A stretch of DNA of 8,338 bases from the sequence record MDTD01116922.1; one strand, 5' to 3'. The notes beneath the pieces are model-generated. The model saw only the letters and a program-made list of their open reading frames with translations, was not told the DNA's origin and ran no database searches. This document shows positions 1-7,599 of this stretch, in pieces. Each line of letters begins with the position of its first letter. The first letter of the stretch is position 1. This DNA is from a metagenome. The position numbers and the translations under genes are program-made.

Positions 1-2
1 AC

Positions 3-74
3 GTCATCGGCGATGATACCGGCACCGACGCGAATGAGAACGCAAACGACGATGTAAACGGTACATTTGACTAG
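3..74 (+). CDS. Possible 3' end of an upstream gene, truncated by the window edge (...VIGDDTGTDANENANDDVNGTFD*)
   Basis: The frame starting at base 3 is open for 23 codons and ends at TAG 72-74. Third positions are mostly G/C, as in the confident genes. It is followed by an AT-rich 36-bp spacer before the convergent gene ending at 111. It is too short for any family call. Confidence 0.25.
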   Translation, partial: VIGDDTGTDANENANDDVNGTFD

Positions 75-110
75 AAACCGCTTTAGTATTCTTTAGTAGT
101 ACAACATTTG

Positions 111-707
111 TCAGCACTGCCTCGCCCGCCGCGCGTTCAACTTTTTATTCTTCTTCTTCTTCTTCCTCGCCGCCGCACCGATTCGCTCGGGTTTCTCTCC
201 TACATCCTCCCCAACCTCCCGTCGCCTCTTCCCCGCGATCCCGACGTCCGAGCGTCCGTCGAAGGCGACCTTTCCGATCGTCCCGCCGCTCGTGCTCGCC
301 CCGCCCGCGCGTTCGCTCGCCCTCTTCGCCGCCGCTCGATACGCCTCCACGTCCAGCGTCACCCGTCGCTCGATCTCCCGCTCGGGCATCCCCCCGCGCA
401 CCTCGGGCACGCGCTCGAGCGCCGATCGCGAGTCCTCCTCCGCGCCCGCGCGCGCCTTCGCCGCCGCGTGCGCCGCCAACTTGGCGTCGATGAATGCGCG
501 CTTCTTCAGGTACGTCTCCGTGCGCGCGCGCTTGTGCACCGCCTGGACGCGCGCGCTGTGCGCGTACTTTCGCGTCAGGCCCTTGGTGCGCGTGCCCTTG
601 GGGCACGGCATCGTCGTCGCGTCGGCGTCTCTCGTCGTCGTCGTCGTCGTCGTCTGGTCGCGCGCGTATCCAGCACCGGACCGGTGCGATGGTTTGTTCC
701 TACTCAT
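111..707 (-). CDS. Hypothetical small basic (Lys/Arg/Ala-rich) protein, about 198 aa, possibly nucleolar
   Basis: Minus-strand ORF with strong G/C third-position bias from the ATG (complement of cat 705-707) to the TGA (tca 111-113). The ORF-track start at 875 is a GTG, and 708-875 is AT-rich with atypical codon usage. An in-frame ATG at 804-806 is an alternative start. The product has a Thr7 run, a basic KGTRTKGLTRKY segment and a C-terminal KKKKKNKK patch. Any resemblance to FYV7/TAP26-type rRNA-processing proteins is only an impression. Confidence 0.6.
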   Translation of the reverse strand: MSRNKPSHRSGAGYARDQTTTTTTTRDADATTMPCPKGTRTKGLTRKYAHSARVQAVHKRARTETYLKKRAFIDAKLAAHAAAKARAGAEEDSRSALERVPEVRGGMPEREIERRVTLDVEAYRAAAKRASERAGGASTSGGTIGKVAFDGRSDVGIAGKRRREVGEDVGEKPERIGAAARKKKKKNKKLNARRARQC

Positions 708-1127
708 ATCTCTTGTGTACGAACCATAGGTCCGAGACCTGTGTAACTGTGTGTTATTTTTCTGTATGTTCTCATATGGGATTTCATACGTTATGTACTG
801 GTCCATCGGTCCGATGTTGTGTGCACGAATCGAATCGAATCGAATCGATCGTCGCGCCCGATCCGATCCGCACACGCGCGACGGCGACGATGCGCGTCGT
901 CGTCGGCGCCTCGCGCGCGCCCGATGGGTTACTCTGTGAGATCATGTGCGTCGACGCCAGACGCGAGGGCGACGAGCGATGAGGCGGTGTCGATCGTTTT
1001 GAAGACTGACGAACGGTTGTGATGTGATTGCGCGCGCAGGCGAGATAAATTGCGGTCGCGATCGACGTGGTTGGAGGGAGAGACGACGGTGGGGACGTCG
1101 GAGGCGGAGACGGTGACGACGCCGACG
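708..1127. promoter_or_regulatory. Divergent intergenic region, presumed bidirectional promoter and 5' leaders, between the 111..707(-) and 1128..2099(+) genes
   Basis: It lies between two head-to-head coding regions. It contains a clear GC dip (about 708-825), pentanucleotide microsatellites (826-870) and a TATA-like gataaat at 1044-1050. No transcription start site can be read from sequence alone. Confidence 0.45.
826..870. repeat. Pentanucleotide microsatellites: (CGAAT)x4 at 826-845, then cgatcg, then (GATCC)x2 at 860-869
   Basis: Read directly: cgaatcgaatcgaatcgaatcgatcg ... gatccgatcc. Confidence 0.9.
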
Positions 1128-2099
1128 ATGGATGGGGCGGAGGCGAGCGGGCGGGGACGGGCGGGACGAGGGACGCCGGGGACGACGCGGGCGACGGCGT
1201 TGGCGAGGCGCACGCGGGACGAGGCGGCGGCGAGGGCGAACGCGGAGGAGGCGAGGGTGAAGGCGATGAGAGAGGGGAAAAAGATGAGCGAGAGTGAGAT
1301 CAGGGCGACGTCGGAGCGTTTGTACAGGGGCGTGGGCGTCGTGGAGCGCGAGGGAGGGACGACGCCGAGGCGGAGGGCGAAGGAGGAGGGCGCGGCGGCG
1401 TGTACGTTTACACCGAAAATCAGCGCGGCGAGTCGGAAATTGGCGCAAAAATTTAAAGAGAAACAACAGTTACAGCAGCAGCGGTCGCAGGCAGACGGCA
1501 AAAAATCCCACAAGAAGCAGCTCGCCGACGCCGGCTCGCCGACGACCGCGGCGACGTTGACGACGCGGGAGCGCGCCGAGTTGGCCGAGATCGACGCGCA
1601 TTGCACGTTCACGCCGACAATTTCTCGAAAATCGCGGGAGATTCACGCGAGTTTGGTGCGTCGAGCGTCGAGCGCGACGAAGACGCCGTCGTCGTTCGTC
1701 GAGCGCTCCAAGGTGTGGGCGCGACGCAAGGAGGAGATTCTTGAAGCCGAGCGAGAGGCGAAACGCGAGGGCGATCTGCGAGACTGCACGTTCCAACCGG
1801 TGACGTGCGACGCGACGTCGTCGTCGCCGATGGCTGTCGCGAAGACGCCGACGCCCGGTTTGGAATCGTACCTCGCGCGACAGGAACGCGCTCGAAAGAT
1901 GCGCGAGGAGAGGGACGCTAAATTGAACCGTCCCGACGGATCGTCGTGGCGCCACGAGACGACGGTGCCTCAAGAATTTTCGTTCCAAACCGCGTCGACT
2001 GCGCGCGCAAAGGGCGACGCGCCCGCGAAACAGTACGCGGACGCGCGAAGAGCGCTCAAGAATCGCACGCGGCCACCGTCGAGCGAGAGCGCGGCGTGA
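1128..2099 (+). CDS. Hypothetical coiled-coil/charged protein (323 aa) with periodic C-T-F-x-P repeats and a TPX2-like TVPQEFSFQT motif
   Basis: Long ORF with very strong G/C (mostly G) third-position bias, ending at TGA 2097-2099. The ORF-track start at 1050 is TTG. The first in-frame ATG is 1128-1130, and the frame is closed by TAA at 1047-1049. Motifs: CTFTP at 1401-1415, CTFTP at 1602-1616, CTFQP at 1785-1799, EFSFQT at 1974-1991, spaced 61-67 aa apart. Confidence 0.65.
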   Translation: MDGAEASGRGRAGRGTPGTTRATALARRTRDEAAARANAEEARVKAMREGKKMSESEIRATSERLYRGVGVVEREGGTTPRRRAKEEGAAACTFTPKISAASRKLAQKFKEKQQLQQQRSQADGKKSHKKQLADAGSPTTAATLTTRERAELAEIDAHCTFTPTISRKSREIHASLVRRASSATKTPSSFVERSKVWARRKEEILEAEREAKREGDLRDCTFQPVTCDATSSSPMAVAKTPTPGLESYLARQERARKMREERDAKLNRPDGSSWRHETTVPQEFSFQTASTARAKGDAPAKQYADARRALKNRTRPPSSESAA

Positions 2100-2440
2100 G
2101 AAAAATAGCGTTCGATTATTCATTGTACATACAAGCACTGCGGTGCAGCACGACCTAAATAGTACATCCACCCACCCACTTTATCTATCCATCTACCCAT
2201 GCCATCCAGCGCCGCTCGCGACGAATCCTCTCGTCGCGACTGCGGCGGCGACGACGGCCGCCGCCATCGCTCGCGCGCATCGCCGCCGCCACCATCGCCC
2301 ACGCGTTCGATCCGCTCGCCGACGCGTGCGGCGCGACGAACGCGTCGCCCGCGACGCCGACGATTCGCGTCGCCGCGACGCCGACGACGAGGCGCCGCCG
2401 TCGACGACGCGTCTCCGTCGCGCGCGTCAATCTTCACACG

Positions 2441-2749
2441 ATGGCGACGACGCGCGCCACCGTTCGCGCGCTCCCTCGGACGAGAATCCACACGAACGCG
2501 AGGAACGCGAGGAACGCGAGAAACGCGAGGACGTCCGCGCCGTCTCCTCGCGCGTCGTCACCACCGCGCGCGATCCCACCGGTGTGGCGCGTCCCCGACG
2601 GGTCCAACCCGCTCGAGGCGCTCTTCGCGAGCGATTCCCCGATCGACGGTCTCGGCGCGCTCACCGGGTACTGGTACGCCGACGTCTTCGCGGCGATGAA
2701 CGTCGCGTTGCTCCTCGCCCTCGCGCTGTACGCGTCGGACGACGAGTGA
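2441..2749 (+). CDS. Hypothetical 102-aa protein: Arg/Thr/Ala/Ser/Pro-rich N-terminus, one C-terminal hydrophobic helix (VFAAMNVALLLALALY) and an acidic tail (SDDE)
   Basis: ATG at 2441-2443 and TGA at 2747-2749. Of the three open frames here, this one has consistently G/C third positions and a non-degenerate C-terminal half (GSNPLEALFASDSPIDGLGALTGYWYADVF...). I recognise no family. Confidence 0.5.
   Translation: MATTRATVRALPRTRIHTNARNARNARNARTSAPSPRASSPPRAIPPVWRVPDGSNPLEALFASDSPIDGLGALTGYWYADVFAAMNVALLLALALYASDDE
2494..2529 (+). repeat. 9-bp tandem repeat (GAACGCGAG x3 plus AAACGCGAG) encoding N-A-R triplets inside the small CDS
   Basis: Read directly: gaacgcgag gaacgcgag gaacgcgag aaacgcgag. 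It is in frame and gives the NARNARNAR stretch of the protein. Confidence 0.9.
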
Positions 2750-2785
2750 GACGACCGATTCGCGCGCGTCCCCGCGCGCGTCCCA

Positions 2786-2823
2786 TAAACCCTCGTCGGA
2801 CGCACTAAACCCTCGTAGGACGC
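2786..2823. repeat. Tandem direct repeat with 20-bp period: TAAACCCTCGT(C/A)GGACGC x2, with a degenerate third unit to about 2835
   Basis: taaaccctcgtcggacgc at 2786-2803 and taaaccctcgtaggacgc at 2806-2823 differ at one base. They are preceded by gcgcgcgtccc x2 (2765-2784) and followed by cccataaccttgacgg. Confidence 0.85.
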
Positions 2824-2916
2824 CCATAACCTTGACGGTCTCAATGCCGACGCGTGGGCGGTGTAGATTTTACGAAGGGTTCGTCGTCAGTAGACGTCAT
2901 ACAAAGACATACGGAC

Positions 2917-3031
2917 GGGGATGTGGTCTAGTGGTATGATTCTCCCTTCGGGTGATGTAACCCAGCGCTGAAGTGCGCTCGATGCGAAAAGAATGTGGGA
3001 GAGGCCCCGAGTTCGATTCTCGGCATCCCCC
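2917..3031 (+). tRNA. trnP-CGG: tRNA-Pro, anticodon CGG, with a 43-nt intron at the canonical 37/38 position
   Basis: Manual cloverleaf. Acceptor GGGGATG (2917-2923) pairs perfectly with CATCCCC (3024-3030), and the discriminator is C3031. The D arm GTCT-AGTGGTA-TGAT contains an A-box-like TGGTCTAGTGG. The anticodon stem CTCCC (2942-2946) pairs with GGGAG (2997-3001). The anticodon loop is TT-CGG-G(T). The variable loop is AGGCC. The T arm is CCGAG-TTCGATT-CTCGG (B box). Mature length is 72 nt, as in typical eukaryotic tRNA-Pro. Confidence 0.9.
2953..2995 (+). other. tRNA intron (43 nt; the boundary is ambiguous by 1 nt because T occurs at both 2953 and 2996)
   Basis: This sequence interrupts the anticodon loop between G37 (2952) and the T38-GGGAG 3' stem strand. 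It contains a 5-bp hairpin, AGCGC (2964-2968) with GCGCT (2975-2979), and a 6-nt loop. Confidence 0.85.
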
Positions 3032-3061
3032 GTTATGTAAGGGCTATGAAGCCTATTCATA

Positions 3062-3067
3062 TTTTTT
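3062..3067 (+). terminator. Candidate RNA polymerase III terminator (T6 run) downstream of tRNA-Pro
   Basis: tttttt at 3062-3067 is the first run of four or more T after the tRNA 3' end, about 31 nt downstream. Oligo-T is the standard Pol III termination signal. Confidence 0.5.
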
Positions 3068-3199
3068 ATCTGCGTCGTGATGACCCATCGATCGCGGAGG
3101 CGCGGCGCGCGCCGACGGTTGAGAAGTCGAAGCGTCGTCACGTGGCGTCGCGCGTTGTGCTGTGCTGTAATAATGCTATAACAACGATGCGTTGCGTAC

Positions 3200-5545
<2,346 letters not shown>

Positions 5546-5551
5546 AGATCA

Positions 5552-5584
5552 CGGGTCATGACTCAACGAACGAGTCATGACCCG
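5552..5584. promoter_or_regulatory. Perfect 13-bp-arm inverted repeat (CGGGTCATGACTC - aacgaac - GAGTCATGACCCG) immediately upstream of the KRI1 start codon, containing TGACTCA
   Basis: Base-by-base pairing of 5552-5564 with 5584-5572 is perfect, with a 7-nt spacer at 5565-5571. TGACTCA (the AP-1/GCN4-type heptamer) is at 5559-5565. The core GTCATGAC is itself palindromic. Confidence 0.7.
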
Positions 5585-5632
5585 AGAATGTGGGTGGGCA
5601 CGTCGACGTCATGGGTGGTCGGTGGGTGGTCC

Positions 5633-5652
5633 CATCGCATCGCATCGCATCG
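5633..5652. repeat. Pentanucleotide microsatellite (CATCG)x4 in the KRI1/SQE divergent spacer
   Basis: Read directly: catcgcatcgcatcgcatcg, followed by agaatcgg. Confidence 0.9.
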
Positions 5653-5760
5653 AGAATCGGACGTTTCGTGCGTACCCTGTGTGAAAATACACCGTGTGAG
5701 GGGGTGCGTTCTGAACCTCATCCACCAGGTGTCGTCGTCGATGGGGCGGAGGGACTCGTG

Positions 5761-5775
5761 ACGAGTCATGACCCG
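5761..5775. promoter_or_regulatory. Third copy of the motif: the 15-mer ACGAGTCATGACCCG repeats 5570-5584 exactly and sits in a local palindrome GACTCGT-g-ACGAGTC (5753-5767)
   Basis: Read directly. The direct-repeat copies are 191 bp apart. This copy is also the exact reverse complement of 5552-5564, extending to 14 bp with A5551/T5776. Confidence 0.7.
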
Positions 5776-5877
5776 TCGTGGTCGTCACCCACGATGCGTT
5801 CCCGGACGCGCGCGACCGATGACGCGCGCGTCTCGTCGTCGTCGCGTCGCCAGTCTCGCGCGCGCGTCCGCCGGTGC

Positions 5878-5950
5878 GTCGAGCGTTGAGACGAGCGTCG
5901 CGTCGACCGTCGACGCGTCGAGAGTCGAGCGTCGAGCGTCGACCGTCGTC
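5878..5950. repeat. Degenerate heptamer array (GTCGAGC/GTCGACC/GTCGACG, about 10 units) upstream of squalene epoxidase
   Basis: GTCGA starts at 5878, 5902, 5909, 5917, 5924, 5931 and 5938 (periods 7-8 bp), with GTCGC/GTCGT variants at 5897 and 5945. The array includes two adjacent GTCGAC sites at 5902-5914. Confidence 0.75.
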
Positions 5951-6033
5951 GCGGAATCCGCGCGAATCATCGAGCGTCATCGGCCCGTTCGTCCGGTCGA
6001 GGAACGCGCGGTCGAGCGTCGCGCGAGAGCGTC

Positions 6034-7599
6034 ATGGGAAGCTCTCGCGAGGCGGTCGGTTCGCGTTCGAAACGCGCGAGTGAGGATGCGAGCGCGGCGC
6101 CGGCGCGAGAGGCGAGGGGGGACGACGCGGGCGCGTGGGACGTCGTCGTCGTCGGCGCGGGCGTGGCGGGGGCGAGTCTGGCGCACTCGTTCGGGAAGCA
6201 AGGTCGGCGCGTGTTGTGCGTGGAGCGAGATTTGAGCGAACCGGATCGAATCGTGGGGGAGTTGTTACAGCCCGGTGGGTACTTAAAGCTGAAAGAGCTC
6301 GGATTGGAGTCGTGCGTCGAGGGCATCGACGCGCAAAAGGTGTACGGGTACACGATGTTTAAGAACGGCGAGGTGGCGACGATGATGTACCCGCTCGAGG
6401 GACGCTCGGAAGACGTCGCGGGACGGAGTTTTCATAACGGGCGATTCGTGCAAAAGCTTCGAGAGGCGGCGCGCGCGGTCGAGGGCGTGGAGCTTCGTCA
6501 AGGGACGGTGAAGAAGCTGCTCAACGCGCGAGGCGAGGAGTGGACCGAGGGCGAGACGGTGGCGGGAGTGTCGTACACCACCGGGGAAACCTGGGACGCC
6601 AAGGCGCAAAAGGTGATTCCCGGGTCGAGCGTCACCAAGACGGTGTTCGCACCGCTCACGGTGGTGTGTGATGGCCATTTTAGCAGTTTGCGCTCCAAGT
6701 TGAGTCCGCAGTCGTCGCCGAATCACCCGAGCCACTTCGTCGGGGTGATTTTGAAGGGGGCGCCGAGCGACTTGTTGCCGAACGGTAGCCACGGTCACGT
6801 CGTGCTCGGTGACCCGTCGCCGGTGCTGTTTTATCCAATCTCATCCAACGAAGTGCGATGCTTGGTGGATATTCCCGCGTCGGTGAAGATGCCGAGCGTG
6901 GCCAAGGGGGAGATGGCCAAGTACGTGTTGGAGAAGATTGTGCCGCAGGTTCCGGAGCAGCTTCGACCGCACCTCGTGTTCGCGGTGGAGCAAGGAAACT
7001 TTAGATCGATGCCGAACAAGACGATGGCGGCGAAACCGACGCGAACTCCAGGAGCCGTGCTCTTGGGCGACGCGTTCAACATGCGACACCCGCTCACGGG
7101 CGGCGGCATGACGGTGGCGCTCAACGACATTTCCACCTTTAAGTCGATGCTCTCGCCGTTACCGAAATTTTCGGACCCCGTGGAGACCGGGGCGAAGCTC
7201 GACGAGTTTTACCGCCACCGCACGCGACCGGCGTTGACGATAAATACGCTCGCCAACGCGCTGTACGCCGTCTTTTGCTCGAGCAGCGACTCGAGCATGG
7301 AAGAAATGCGCCAGGCGTGTTTCGAGTACCTCAAGCTCGGTGGAAGTTACGCGCGCGGTCCGATTGCGCTCTTGGGCGGTCTCGATCCGAATCCACTCAA
7401 TCTGGTGAATCACTTTTTTAGCGTCGCACTCTTCGGCATCGGACGTCTCATGGTGCCGCTTCCGACGCCCGAGCGTCTGCTCCAGAGCGGTAACATTTTA
7501 GCCGGGGCGTGCAAGATCATCTTCCCCATCGTCAAGGGCGAGGGATTCGCGCGCATGTTCTTTCCAGCGTGGCTTCGAACGCGTCTAGGAATCATTTAG
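6034..7599 (+). CDS. SQE: Squalene epoxidase (squalene monooxygenase), FAD-dependent, sterol biosynthesis, 521 aa
   Basis: Single ORF from ATG 6034 to TAG 7597-7599. It has the Rossmann FAD motif DVVVVGAGVAGASLA (GxGxxG at 6154-6171). It also has the signature stretches VERDLSEPDRIVGELLQPGGYLKLKELGLE and LLGDAFNMRHPLTGGGMTVAL. The C-terminal hydrophobic segments (HFFSVALFGIGRLMV; ILAGACKIIFPIVKGEG) closely parallel plant and fungal SQE/ERG1. Confidence 0.95.
   Translation: MGSSREAVGSRSKRASEDASAAPAREARGDDAGAWDVVVVGAGVAGASLAHSFGKQGRRVLCVERDLSEPDRIVGELLQPGGYLKLKELGLESCVEGIDAQKVYGYTMFKNGEVATMMYPLEGRSEDVAGRSFHNGRFVQKLREAARAVEGVELRQGTVKKLLNARGEEWTEGETVAGVSYTTGETWDAKAQKVIPGSSVTKTVFAPLTVVCDGHFSSLRSKLSPQSSPNHPSHFVGVILKGAPSDLLPNGSHGHVVLGDPSPVLFYPISSNEVRCLVDIPASVKMPSVAKGEMAKYVLEKIVPQVPEQLRPHLVFAVEQGNFRSMPNKTMAAKPTRTPGAVLLGDAFNMRHPLTGGGMTVALNDISTFKSMLSPLPKFSDPVETGAKLDEFYRHRTRPALTINTLANALYAVFCSSSDSSMEEMRQACFEYLKLGGSYARGPIALLGGLDPNPLNLVNHFFSVALFGIGRLMVPLPTPERLLQSGNILAGACKIIFPIVKGEGFARMFFPAWLRTRLGII

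Noticed and set aside
108-746. Plus-strand ORFs 108..746 and 292..729, and minus-strand ORF 145..606, overlapping the 111..707 gene
   Set aside because: 108..746 starts with TTG. The products are Arg/Leu/Pro-rich or Gly/Arg/Glu-rich junk, and the alternative minus frame at 111..707 has much better codon bias.
2110-2117. T-loop-like GTTCGATT just downstream of the 1128..2099 gene, considered as a possible second tRNA
   Set aside because: The flanking sequence cannot form a T stem, acceptor stem or anticodon arm, so this is a chance match to the B-box core.
929-2171. Long minus-strand ORFs (929..1612, 942..1466, 1470..2171) antisense to the 1128..2099 gene
   Set aside because: Their products are Arg/Pro/Ser/Ala-rich low complexity with no recognisable domain. 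Stop codons are rare in any frame of DNA this GC-rich, and the sense frame has the coherent third-position bias.
2143-2808. ORF 2143..2808 (221 aa), ORF 2199..2699 (166 aa) and minus-strand ORFs 2120..2491 and 2434..2844 as alternatives to the 2441..2749 CDS
   Set aside because: 2143 is a GTG with no in-frame ATG. The products are dominated by Arg runs. Only the 2441 frame gives a non-degenerate C-terminal half with a clean hydrophobic helix. The uncertainty is kept as a finding for 2199-2440.
3139-3144. CACGTG (G-box/E-box) between the tRNA and the KRI1 3' end
   Set aside because: It is a single 6-mer in a 3' flank. Such a match is expected by chance in CG-rich DNA, and no supporting repeat or positional logic is present.
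6034-6150. Absence of an N-terminal transmembrane helix in squalene epoxidase, considered as a possible truncation or missing exon
   Set aside because: The hydrophilic 35-residue N-terminus leads directly into the Rossmann fold, as in fungal ERG1. The upstream in-frame sequence has no ATG back to the stop at 5887-5889. C-terminal hydrophobic segments are present, so the gene looks complete.
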